Shown: positions 48,353 to 57,322 of the stretch, in pieces
Layout of the letters: each line of letters opens with the position of its first letter
Position numbering within the stretch: position 1 is the stretch's first letter
From: Patescibacteria group bacterium
Lineage (GTDB): Bacteria > Patescibacteriota > Microgenomatia > JAMCZE01
Assembly (NCBI GenBank): GCA_023485845.1
Contig: JAMCZE010000001.1
Coordinates: 62,456-126,455 of the forward strand
Direction of reading: 5' to 3'
Length of the DNA: 64,000 nucleotides
Translations under genes and position numbers: made by a program
The notes under the pieces: model-generated
Seen by the model: the letters and a program-made list of their open reading frames with translations, nothing else
Database searches by the model: none
Told to the model about the DNA's origin: nothing

Positions 48353-49512
48353 AAATTTTCTACGTTACTAATCTTAGGTTACCCAATGAGCGGGGAGTTT
48401 CTTTCGGCGTGGTGACAATGTGTAAGGCTCTGTCCCAGGCTGGGAATGAGGTGGAACTAATTGCCCCAAATCAAGATCAACCCTCAACAATGAAAGGAGA
48501 AACAATTTGGCACTACCACCAAATTGACCCAAAGACATTCACTCTCACCAAGTTGTCTTTCTGGGATATTTCGGTGCCGCACTTACATAATCTGGCATTG
48601 AATTGGAGCTTTGGATTGAAAGTAATCATCTACCTTCTTAAAAAGAAAGCAGAAGTGGTTCATTTATTTAATGACACTAGAGAAATCCTATTTCTCTTGA
48701 AATTAATTTCCTGGTTCTACCACCCCTTTGTCATTTTTGAGCTTCATATCTTGCCAATTGGTAGGTATGAAAAAATAATAGAAGACTTAGCGATTAAAAG
48801 AGTTGATCTGTTGTTAGTAACTACTAATAGATTTGCGAAGTACTACCAAGACCATAATTTTGAAAAAGGGAAAATTCTTGTTTTCCCAAATGGAATTGAT
48901 CTTAGTGAGTTTGACTACGGAACATCAAAGAAAAAATTGCGCAGCGAGTTGAATCTGCCGCAGGATGCATTTATTGTCGGCTATGCCGGTCGGTTTGTGA
49001 CCATGGGGATGGAGAAGGGGATTCCGGAGTTAATTATTGCAGGCAAGTCCTTAAAAGCAAGATTTCCCAATATTCAACTTGTCTGTGTTGGGGGGCCGGA
49101 GGAGTACGTCGCAAGATATAAGCAGCTTGATGAAGGGGCTATCTTTATTGGTAATGTTCCCAGAAAAACTCTCTATAAATATATGCGTGCCTTTGATGTT
49201 TGTGCCATGCCCTTCCCTTGGACAGAACATTTTGCCTATAATATGTCTCCATTGAAAATGTTTGAGTATATGGCTAGTAAAAATCCTATTATTGCCACAA
49301 AGTTGCCGTCTTTCGGAGAAATATTAGCTGACCATAAAAATGCTTTACTGTCCAAACCGGGAAGCTGGAAAAGTATTGCCTGGAACATAGAAGAATTAAT
49401 CAGAGATAAACGTCTTTGTAATAAACTTTCTGGAGCGGCCTTTACAGAAGTAACACAGAAATACACTTGGGAAAAAAGAGCCGATAGCGAGGTTGCCCGC
49501 ATTATTCTATAA
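48349..49512 (+). CDS. GT4 (GT-B fold) glycosyltransferase
   Basis: IVGYAGRF..KGIPELI pattern and C-terminal motifs. Confidence 0.7.
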   Translation: MKIFYVTNLRLPNERGVSFGVVTMCKALSQAGNEVELIAPNQDQPSTMKGETIWHYHQIDPKTFTLTKLSFWDISVPHLHNLALNWSFGLKVIIYLLKKKAEVVHLFNDTREILFLLKLISWFYHPFVIFELHILPIGRYEKIIEDLAIKRVDLLLVTTNRFAKYYQDHNFEKGKILVFPNGIDLSEFDYGTSKKKLRSELNLPQDAFIVGYAGRFVTMGMEKGIPELIIAGKSLKARFPNIQLVCVGGPEEYVARYKQLDEGAIFIGNVPRKTLYKYMRAFDVCAMPFPWTEHFAYNMSPLKMFEYMASKNPIIATKLPSFGEILADHKNALLSKPGSWKSIAWNIEELIRDKRLCNKLSGAAFTEVTQKYTWEKRADSEVARIIL

Positions 49513-49520
49513 TCAAATTT

Positions 49521-50345
49521 ATGACGAAGGAAATAGTAATAAAGCCCAACGGGTCTTTTTTAGATGTTGATCTTCGAGAAATCTGGCGATATCGAGAGCT
49601 TTTTTATATTTTTGCGTGGCGGGATATCAAATTACGATATAAACAGACTGTGTTGGGTATAATTTGGGTTCTTTTTCAACCATTGGTCTCCACCGGTATT
49701 TTTAGTATCTTTTTTGGAAAGATTGCAAAAATCCCCTCTGACAATTTACCATACCCCCTTTTTGTGCTCGCCGGGCTGGTGATTTGGAATTTTTTTTCTA
49801 GCGCATTATCGGCATCAAGCCAAAGTTTGATCGGAAACGAAGGAATAATTAAAAAAGTATATTTTCCCAGACTAATTCTTCCGATTTCCTCGGTTGTCAC
49901 CGCCGGTGTTGATTTTTTTATAACATTTCTGGTTCTTTTGGTTGCTGTTGTTTATTTTGGTTACCTTCCTAGTCTATTAATCCTACCGGTTCTCCCGGTT
50001 CTATTAATAATCACGATTCTTATGGCCTCTGGTCTTGGAATGTTTATGGCATCGCTCAATGTTAAATATCGGGATGTGCGATTTATTCTGCCTTTTTTTA
50101 TTCAGATTGGACTCTTTGTTACGCCGGTAATTTATCCCCTATCGATAATTTATGATTGGAGGAAATGGTTTTTGATCATTAATCCCCTGACAGGAGTTAT
50201 TGAAACACTACGAGCATTAATAGTTGGCAGAGCGCAACCTGATTTTAGTTTGTTGATTATCGGTCTAATTGTGTCAATTCCGGTTTTTTGTTTCGGGCTT
50301 TTTTATTTTCGGCGAACTGAAGCCTATTTTGCCGATATTGCGTGA
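49521..50345 (+). CDS. wzm: ABC-2 type polysaccharide export permease (Wzm/TagG/KpsM family)
   Basis: N-terminal ..REIWRYRELFYIFAWRDIKLRYKQTVLGIIW (ABC2_membrane signature). 6 TM. Confidence 0.8.
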   Translation: MTKEIVIKPNGSFLDVDLREIWRYRELFYIFAWRDIKLRYKQTVLGIIWVLFQPLVSTGIFSIFFGKIAKIPSDNLPYPLFVLAGLVIWNFFSSALSASSQSLIGNEGIIKKVYFPRLILPISSVVTAGVDFFITFLVLLVAVVYFGYLPSLLILPVLPVLLIITILMASGLGMFMASLNVKYRDVRFILPFFIQIGLFVTPVIYPLSIIYDWRKWFLIINPLTGVIETLRALIVGRAQPDFSLLIIGLIVSIPVFCFGLFYFRRTEAYFADIA

Positions 50346-50351
50346 GTGCTT

Positions 50352-51575
50352 ATGGATTCAATAGTCGAGGTTAATAAACTATCCAAAAAGTATCGCCTTG
50401 GCGGTCAGCAGCCATATCTGACCCTTAGGGATACCCTGGCGGAACTTGTCCGTCACCCAATTATCAAGAGGGACAATCATGAATTTTGGGCCCTTAGGGA
50501 TGTTACTTTCCGGGTTGCTCCCGGAGAGGTGGTTGGGATTATCGGGCGTAATGGAGCCGGTAAGAGCACTTTGTTAAAAATAATCAGCCGCATCACTTGC
50601 CCAACTGCGGGGGATGTGAGGTTACAAGGCAACGTCTCCAGCTTGCTAGAGGTTGGCACCGGTTTCAGCCCCGAGTTAACAGGCCGGGAGAATATCTTTC
50701 TTAACGGAGCAATATTAGGAATGAGCCGGTCAGAAATCAGGCGCCGCTTTGACGCCATCGTTGATTTTGCCGAGACAGAAAAATTTCTTGATACACCAGT
50801 TAAATATTATTCCTCGGGGATGTATATGCGCCTGGCATTTTCCGTGGCTGCCCATCTGGAGCCAGATATTTTACTAGTCGATGAAGTGCTTGCAGTCGGT
50901 GATGCTGAATTCCAAAAAAAATGCTTAGGGAAGATGGAGGAGGTTCGTAATAGGCAGGGGCGAACGATTCTTTTTGTCAGTCATAATATGAAAACAATTG
51001 AGCAGCTGTGCAGCCGGTGTTTGCTTATTGACAAGGGAAAGATTGTTATGGATGGTGACAGCCAAAAAGTGATCAGTCATTATCTTAACAAACAAAAGAT
51101 TCAAAGTTCGGCAATGCTTTTCCCAGTTGATAAAAACAAAATCGCGCAAATAACAAAAATTGCTATTTTAAATTCCAAATATCAGTCCCGGTCGGAAGTG
51201 CCCATCAGTGAAGATTTTTACATTAATATTGAGATGAGAGTCAACCATAGGGTTAAGAAAGCATTAATAAGTATTTATTTTTATTCCCAAGGTGACTTAC
51301 TACTATTTTCAACGGAGGGCGATCATAGCGGACAATTGCTTAGTTATCCTGCTGGAAAATACAAAACCATGGTCAGAATTCCTGCGTTTTTATTTGAATC
51401 GGGTAATTATACTATCGATGTGGCCATTCAAAATCCGGGAGTGGAAATTATTGATAAGGTATCTGAAATTGGCTTCGAAGTTCTTAACCAAGATAATCCC
51501 CGAAGTCTTCTGATAAATGGCGTCGCTCATGATAAAATAGCCGTCATCTTAGACTATGAGACGAAAAAATCTTAA
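50352..51575 (+). CDS. wzt: ABC transporter ATP-binding protein Wzt/TagH type with ~160-aa C-terminal (putative glycan-binding) extension
   Basis: Walker A GIIGRNGAGKSTLL, signature YSSGMYMRLAFS, Walker B ILLVDE. C-terminal beta-rich extension. Confidence 0.85.
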   Translation: MDSIVEVNKLSKKYRLGGQQPYLTLRDTLAELVRHPIIKRDNHEFWALRDVTFRVAPGEVVGIIGRNGAGKSTLLKIISRITCPTAGDVRLQGNVSSLLEVGTGFSPELTGRENIFLNGAILGMSRSEIRRRFDAIVDFAETEKFLDTPVKYYSSGMYMRLAFSVAAHLEPDILLVDEVLAVGDAEFQKKCLGKMEEVRNRQGRTILFVSHNMKTIEQLCSRCLLIDKGKIVMDGDSQKVISHYLNKQKIQSSAMLFPVDKNKIAQITKIAILNSKYQSRSEVPISEDFYINIEMRVNHRVKKALISIYFYSQGDLLLFSTEGDHSGQLLSYPAGKYKTMVRIPAFLFESGNYTIDVAIQNPGVEIIDKVSEIGFEVLNQDNPRSLLINGVAHDKIAVILDYETKKS

Positions 51576-52332
51576 TAATCTTCGCAAAACAATCGTTGAG
51601 GCTGCATTTCACAGTGGGGAGGGGCATATCCCCAGCGCCCTTTCAATCCTGGATATACTCTGGGTTCTTTATGGTGGGGTTCTCAATGTCAGTCCTAAAA
51701 GTTGCCAAAGCATTTCTCGTGATAGATTTATCCTCAGTAAGGGGCAAGCATCGCTGGGTTTATACGCTATTCTTTCAGAAAAAAAGTTTTTTCCCAAAAG
51801 AGAGTTTAAAAAATTTGGCAGTTATGGGGGTATATTAGGTGGCCATCCGGATATGAACAAAATTCCGGGAGTGGAAGCATCCACTGGCTCGCTTGGACAT
51901 GGTTTCCCTATGGCTGCTGGAGTCTCCCTTGGTTTAAAAATTCAGCATATTAATGCAAAGGTTTATGTTCTTATCGGTGACGGAGAGTGTAATGAGGGGT
52001 CTGTTTGGGAAACCGCGTTAATTGCAGCCCATCACAAATTAGACAATCTTTGCTGTATTATTGACCACAACCACTCCACTGATAGGGCCTTAAAAGTTGA
52101 CGACTTAGAGGAAAAATTTAGATCATTTAACTGGAAATCATTGAGCGTTAATGGCCATGACCAGCTAGAGATTAAGAAGGCTTTAATGACGAAACATCCT
52201 GGGAAGCCATTGGCAATCGTGGCTAACACTATAAAAGGTCACGGCATCAAAATCATGGAAAATAATCCCGCTTGGCATCATAAAGCGCCGACCCGGGAGG
52301 AACTTAGTCAAATCTTACAGGAGCTAATCTAG
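51556..52332 (+). CDS. Transketolase, N-terminal (TPP-binding) subunit of a split transketolase
   Basis: ..GHIPSALSILDIL.., GHPD.., GSLGHGFPMAAGVS.., GDGECNEGSVWE.. motifs. Confidence 0.85.
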   Translation: MRRKNLNNLRKTIVEAAFHSGEGHIPSALSILDILWVLYGGVLNVSPKSCQSISRDRFILSKGQASLGLYAILSEKKFFPKREFKKFGSYGGILGGHPDMNKIPGVEASTGSLGHGFPMAAGVSLGLKIQHINAKVYVLIGDGECNEGSVWETALIAAHHKLDNLCCIIDHNHSTDRALKVDDLEEKFRSFNWKSLSVNGHDQLEIKKALMTKHPGKPLAIVANTIKGHGIKIMENNPAWHHKAPTREELSQILQELI

Positions 52333-52333
52333 T

Positions 52334-53212
52334 ATGAGAAAGCAGTTTGTGACCACAGTTGAAGATATCATTGCCAATGACCAGAAAACGGTTCTTATGT
52401 TGGGTGATATTGGTGTCTTCGGTTTTCGCCGATCATTTGAGCTTTATCCCAGTCGGGTCTATAACATCGGAATTTTAGAACAAGCCACTATCAGTATGGC
52501 GGCTGGTCTGAATATGACTGGATTAACACCGATTGTTCATACGATCGCCACGTTCATTACGGAAAGGTGTTTTGAACAGATCAAAGATGATTTTGGATAC
52601 CAAAAACTGAACGGAAATATTGTTAGTGTTGGCGGATCTTATGATTATGCTGCACTCGGATGCACGCACCATGCCCCGGACGATGTTCCAATTCTTATGA
52701 ATATCCCCACTGTCCAGGTGGTTGTTCCCGGGACAGCAGGGGATTTTGATAGCCTCTTTAGACAATCATATTCAAATCGTGGCTTAAGGTATTATCGTTT
52801 AAGCGAAAGAGAAAATGAATTTCGTGTTCCGGTTAAATTTGGTAAGGCAAACGTTATAAAATTAGGGAGAAAAGCTACAGTTATTGCTGTGGGCCCGCTT
52901 CTTGATAAGGCTTTGGTGGCAGTAAAAAATCTAGATGTGACAGTTATCTATTTGACAACAGTGCGACCTCTGGATACGAAGACAATAACAGCTAATCTTT
53001 CTTCCGGTAAATTACTAATTTGTGAGCCTTACTATAGCGGTTCAATTACTCAGGAAATTATGTCCGCATTCAAAGGTACGCTGAGGATAGATCACCTAGG
53101 CGTGCCAAAAAAGTTCCTTGTAAATTATGGGACAGCCAAAGATCACGATCGACACATGGGTTTTACGGAAAAAGAAATAAATAGGCGGGTGAAGGAGCTT
53201 ATTCATGAATAG
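52334..53212 (+). CDS. Transketolase, C-terminal (pyrimidine-binding) subunit
   Basis: Follows the N-terminal subunit with a 1-nt gap. Transket_pyr/Transketolase_C-like sequence. Confidence 0.8.
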   Translation: MRKQFVTTVEDIIANDQKTVLMLGDIGVFGFRRSFELYPSRVYNIGILEQATISMAAGLNMTGLTPIVHTIATFITERCFEQIKDDFGYQKLNGNIVSVGGSYDYAALGCTHHAPDDVPILMNIPTVQVVVPGTAGDFDSLFRQSYSNRGLRYYRLSERENEFRVPVKFGKANVIKLGRKATVIAVGPLLDKALVAVKNLDVTVIYLTTVRPLDTKTITANLSSGKLLICEPYYSGSITQEIMSAFKGTLRIDHLGVPKKFLVNYGTAKDHDRHMGFTEKEINRRVKELIHE

Positions 53213-54224
53213 GTTAGCGGCCAAAATGCTAGATGAGGCTAAGACGGTACATCGTCAAGTTCGCCTCACCGAACTAAAAGGAAAAACAGTCTTACTGACT
53301 GGGGCATCTGGCATGATTGGTAGCGCTTTTCTTGCTTCAATGAAAGGCATGGTTGGAAGAGTGATAATTGTCTCTAAAACAAGCTTTCCTAATTATTTTA
53401 ATGACTTGGTTAATGCAAAGAGAACATTAATGTTGGTTGGTGATTTAACAGATCAAGGCTTTTATAAGCAGTTGCCAAGAGCAGATTATATTATTCACTG
53501 CGCCGGGTATGCCCAGCCACAAAAGTTTTTGAGCGATCCCATTTCCACCATAACTTTAAATACCTGGACGGTGGTTAAATTAATGGAAAAACTTAATCCC
53601 GACGGGAAATTCCTGTTTATTAGCAGCAGCGAAATTTATAGTGGTTTAGATCATCCTCCATACAAAGAGGAACAAATAGGAACGACTAGTCCCATGCACC
53701 CCCGTTCGTGCTATATTGAGTCAAAGCGGTGTGGCGAAGCAATCTGTATGGCTTATAGACAAAAAGGTTTGGACGTTAAGATAGCTCGGGCGTCTCTGGT
53801 ATACGGGCCGGGAACCAGACTAGGAGACAAAAGAGTTCTTAATAGTTTCATTGAGAAGGGGCTAAATGGGAAAATTGATTTACTAGACACCGGCAAATCA
53901 AGGCGGACTTATTGTTATATATCAGATGCTGTGAGCTTAATGTGGAAAATTCTTCTCAAGGGGGAACAGCCGGTTTATAATGTTGGCGGAAAATCAAAGA
54001 TAACCATCGGACGGCTGGCTAAGAAAATTGGTCGTAATCTTGGTGTCCCCGTGAGTTTTCCTAAGAGCTCTAGCTCGGGACTAGCAGGAGCTCCGGCGGA
54101 AGTTTATGTTAACGTAAATCGTGCGGAGAAAGAATTTGGAAAGATTAATTATGTGTCGTTCGATGAAGGACTAAGAAGGGTTATTGAATGGGAGAAACTC
54201 CTTAACTCTTATGAAGCTAAATAG
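53205..54224 (+). CDS. NAD(P)-dependent sugar-nucleotide epimerase/dehydratase (extended SDR)
   Basis: GAAGGAG RBS. TGASGMIGS Rossmann motif and catalytic YIESK (YxxxK). Confidence 0.8.
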   Translation: MNRLAAKMLDEAKTVHRQVRLTELKGKTVLLTGASGMIGSAFLASMKGMVGRVIIVSKTSFPNYFNDLVNAKRTLMLVGDLTDQGFYKQLPRADYIIHCAGYAQPQKFLSDPISTITLNTWTVVKLMEKLNPDGKFLFISSSEIYSGLDHPPYKEEQIGTTSPMHPRSCYIESKRCGEAICMAYRQKGLDVKIARASLVYGPGTRLGDKRVLNSFIEKGLNGKIDLLDTGKSRRTYCYISDAVSLMWKILLKGEQPVYNVGGKSKITIGRLAKKIGRNLGVPVSFPKSSSSGLAGAPAEVYVNVNRAEKEFGKINYVSFDEGLRRVIEWEKLLNSYEAK

Positions 54225-56322
54225 AAATGATAAGATATTTATTGCTGGCCATACCGGCATGGTTGGCTCTGCTATTTTGAGAGAACTTCAAAGAAGAGGC
54301 TTCAGAAACCTAATAATGGCAACACACGAGGAGCTTAATTTAGAGGATCAAGCTGCGGTAGCAAAATTTTTTGACAATCAAGAGCCAGACTATGTTTTTC
54401 TGGCTGCAGCAAAGGTTGGTGGTATTAAAGCAAATATGGAACATATGGCACAGTTCCTTTATCAAAATATTGCTATCCAAATAAATGTTATTCATCAAAG
54501 TTATCTCCATAAGGTAAAGAAGCTTTGCTTTTTAGGAAGCAATTGTGTTTATCCCAAGGACTCTCCTCAACCGATTAGAGAAAATTCACTTTTAACCGGT
54601 CCTTTTGAACCAACGAACGAAGGGTATGCCGTGGCGAAGTTAGCAGGGCTGAAAATGATTCAGTATTATCAAAAAGAATATGGTCTAAACGCGATTAGCC
54701 TGATGCCGTGCAATCTTTACGGACAAAATGATAATTTTGATCCGTCCGGGTCGCATGTCATGTCAGCCCTGGTGAAACGTTTTGTTGATGCACAAGAGGA
54801 TGGTTTGGAAGAGGTTATTAATTGGGGGACCGGTAAAGTTATCCGCGAATTTCTCCATGTTGATGACTTGGCCAAGGCGATTTTATTTCTGATGGATAAC
54901 TACAATTCTTCAGAGATTATTAATATCGGAACCGGAAAAGGAGTTTCGATTGAAGAATTAACTAATTTAATTTCTAAAGCAGCAGGTTATAAAGGAGTAA
55001 TAAAATGGGATACTACTAAGCCTGACGGCATGCCGAAGAAGTTGCTTGATGTCACTAAGCTATTTAGTCTTGGTTATAAGCCGGAAATTTCTCTCGAAGA
55101 TGGCATAAAAGAACACGTGGCATATTATCGTAAGATAAAAAAAAGGAATATTCCCTTAATTAGAAACGCTTTTGCCCACGAACAGGAAACCCGTAAGGCT
55201 TTAGCAGATTTTATTCTCAAGACTAAAATGCTGAGTATGAGTGATCAGTGTTTTGAATTTGAGAAGCAATTCGCAAAATATCAGGGAAGAAATGAGGCAG
55301 TGTTTTTTAACAGCGGCAGTAGTGCGAATCTAGCAGTCCTCCAATCGCTGATTAATATGGGTAGATTAAGAAGGGGTGATAGGGTCGGTTTCTCGGCCTT
55401 GACCTGGTCCACGGATGTCATGCCGATGATTCAGCTTGGCTTGCAACCGGTCCCGGTTGATTGCGAACCTAATACTTTAAATAGTATGCCTAAGAATTTA
55501 CTTGATTGTCTTAAAACCACTTCGCTGAAGGCTTTTTTTATAACTAACGTTTTAGGATTTACCTCTTCTTTAGAGAAGATAAAAGATATTTGTCAAAAGA
55601 GGAAGATAATTTTACTGGAAGATAATTGTGAATCATTAGGAACAGAGTTACCTGGTGGGAAGGCGGGAAATTTTGGATTAGCTTCAACTTTTTCTTTTTA
55701 TGTGGCCCACCATCTGTCCACTATTGAAGGGGGAATGGTGACAACAAACGATGTTGATTTAGCGGAAATGTTAAGAATTGTTCGGGCTCATGGTTGGGAT
55801 AGAAACCTACGCCCGGAACAGCAAAGCAACTGGAGAAAGAAGTATCAGATTGTGGATGAATTTGAGGCAAAGTATAGTTTTTATGACCTGGGGTTTAATT
55901 TTCGACCGACGGAAATAAATGGTTTTATTGGACTTTATCAACTTTCGTATATCGAAGATATTATCAATAAGAGAGAAAGTAATTTTTTGAGACTCGAAAA
56001 AGCTGCCCGTAAGAATAAGGATTTAATTTTTCTTGACCATTCTCACATTAAAAGATTGTCTAACTTTGCCTTTCCGGTTATCTGTAAAACAAAAGAATTG
56101 AAAGAAAAATATTTGAAAAAATTTCAGGATGCCGGAGTAGATGCTAGGCCGATAATCACCGGCAACATTCAGCGCCAGCCTTTCTTTGGTAAATATGTCA
56201 AGAGAAAATATTCTCTGCCCGGAGCTGATTTTATCCACGATAATGGCTTCTATTTCGGTAATTACCCGGAACTTAAAGATTCAGAACTAGAAGTATTAAC
56301 TGAGTGTTTGAGAAGGGTCTAA
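54211..56322 (+). CDS. Bifunctional fusion: N-terminal GDP-L-fucose-synthase (Fcl/ColC-like epimerase-reductase) and C-terminal ColD-like PLP-dependent GDP-4-keto-6-deoxymannose 3-dehydratase domain
   Basis: N-domain: IAGHTGMVGSAI, YAVAK, NLYGQNDNFDPSGSHVMSALVKRF. C-domain: ILLEDNCES, FSFYVAHHLSTIEGG (His where DegT aminotransferases have the PLP lysine, as in ColD), RAHGWDRNL, ARPIITGN. Confidence 0.7.
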   Translation: MKLNRNDKIFIAGHTGMVGSAILRELQRRGFRNLIMATHEELNLEDQAAVAKFFDNQEPDYVFLAAAKVGGIKANMEHMAQFLYQNIAIQINVIHQSYLHKVKKLCFLGSNCVYPKDSPQPIRENSLLTGPFEPTNEGYAVAKLAGLKMIQYYQKEYGLNAISLMPCNLYGQNDNFDPSGSHVMSALVKRFVDAQEDGLEEVINWGTGKVIREFLHVDDLAKAILFLMDNYNSSEIINIGTGKGVSIEELTNLISKAAGYKGVIKWDTTKPDGMPKKLLDVTKLFSLGYKPEISLEDGIKEHVAYYRKIKKRNIPLIRNAFAHEQETRKALADFILKTKMLSMSDQCFEFEKQFAKYQGRNEAVFFNSGSSANLAVLQSLINMGRLRRGDRVGFSALTWSTDVMPMIQLGLQPVPVDCEPNTLNSMPKNLLDCLKTTSLKAFFITNVLGFTSSLEKIKDICQKRKIILLEDNCESLGTELPGGKAGNFGLASTFSFYVAHHLSTIEGGMVTTNDVDLAEMLRIVRAHGWDRNLRPEQQSNWRKKYQIVDEFEAKYSFYDLGFNFRPTEINGFIGLYQLSYIEDIINKRESNFLRLEKAARKNKDLIFLDHSHIKRLSNFAFPVICKTKELKEKYLKKFQDAGVDARPIITGNIQRQPFFGKYVKRKYSLPGADFIHDNGFYFGNYPELKDSELEVLTECLRRV

Positions 56323-56380
56323 ACGGGGTCAGCTAATGATGTTTTCATAGTCTGACGACTTTATGCCGGGGTTTCTGTAC

Positions 56381-56409
56381 TTGTCAAACCGTTAGGAGTA
56401 AAATATAGT
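56381..56409 (+). promoter_or_regulatory. Candidate sigma70-like promoter (TTGTCA-17 bp-TATAGT) and AGGAG SD in the only 88-bp intergenic gap
   Basis: Read directly. The -10 lies too close to ATG 56411 for a normal leader, so the start codon or the promoter call is uncertain. Confidence 0.3.
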
Positions 56410-56410
56410 A

Positions 56411-57322
56411 ATGTTAGGCGCTGAGACTGCTACAGAACGAAAAGAGGGAATTGACCCCAGATCGATTGCCATTTGTGCTGCCACGTTTTACAAAACCTGG
56501 ATGCCAGGGGAGAGAACAGCTCCTAATATTGATATTGACCGCGGCGACGCTTCCTTACAAGCTTTTGAATTAGCCCAAAGGGCTGGGTATCAAATGGTGG
56601 TGGTGGATGGTGGTAGTTCGGACGCCTATTTAAACGAGGCTAGGGAGCGCGGTGTTTTATTACTGTCCCAACAGGAAAAGAGTATTTCATCAGCAAAAAG
56701 GCAAGCGTTCAAAGCCGCTCAAGAATCAAAGGGCTGTCGGTTTATTATCCTAATTCAGCCGGAAAAAGACTCCATTATTAAGGATGTGCCACAAATTATT
56801 CGACCGATTTATTCCGATGGAGCAGATGTTGTCGTTGCTAGTCGAGATCCGATTCTTTTTAGAGACACATACCCGTCTTTCCAATATGAATCAGAGAATT
56901 GGGCGAATAGACAATGTAATAGAATTGCTCATCTGATGAAAATTCTTCCACTCGGCGCAAATTTAGATTGGTTTTTTGGGGTAAAAGTCTTTAGAAACAC
57001 CCCAGAGATTGTGGCCTTATTTGTGAGAAAATTTCAGATTACTGACGAATCTTATGCTAAAAAGAATAATCTTGACCCGGAAAGATACTTTGATGTGGAC
57101 TTCTTTCCGATAGTTGAGGCTTTGCGAATTGGGAAAAGGGTTGTGGATGTTCAAGTTCCCTTTGAATATCCCAGGCCACAAAAAGAAATGGAGGAGACTT
57201 TACAAGAGAAATTTGTAGAAAAAAGACGACTTCAAAGAAGAAGCATCTTAACCGAATACGTCCAGTATTTTCGACTCTTAACAAAAAGCCAAAAGAATAA
57301 ATTGATGGAGTCAGAGGCATGA
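56411..57322 (+). CDS. Divergent GT-A-fold glycosyltransferase-like protein
   Basis: VVVDGGSSD (DxD-like) and ..FGVKVFR.. pattern. No confident family assignment. Confidence 0.4.
   Translation: MLGAETATERKEGIDPRSIAICAATFYKTWMPGERTAPNIDIDRGDASLQAFELAQRAGYQMVVVDGGSSDAYLNEARERGVLLLSQQEKSISSAKRQAFKAAQESKGCRFIILIQPEKDSIIKDVPQIIRPIYSDGADVVVASRDPILFRDTYPSFQYESENWANRQCNRIAHLMKILPLGANLDWFFGVKVFRNTPEIVALFVRKFQITDESYAKKNNLDPERYFDVDFFPIVEALRIGKRVVDVQVPFEYPRPQKEMEETLQEKFVEKRRLQRRSILTEYVQYFRLLTKSQKNKLMESEA

Noticed and set aside
53205-54224. Calling the SDR gene a GDP-mannose 4,6-dehydratase (Gmd) to complete the colitose pathway
   Set aside because: It lacks the Gmd-specific GxTGQDGSYL and S/TxxY..K context I recall. 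Only the generic extended-SDR motifs are present, so it was kept as an unspecified epimerase/dehydratase.
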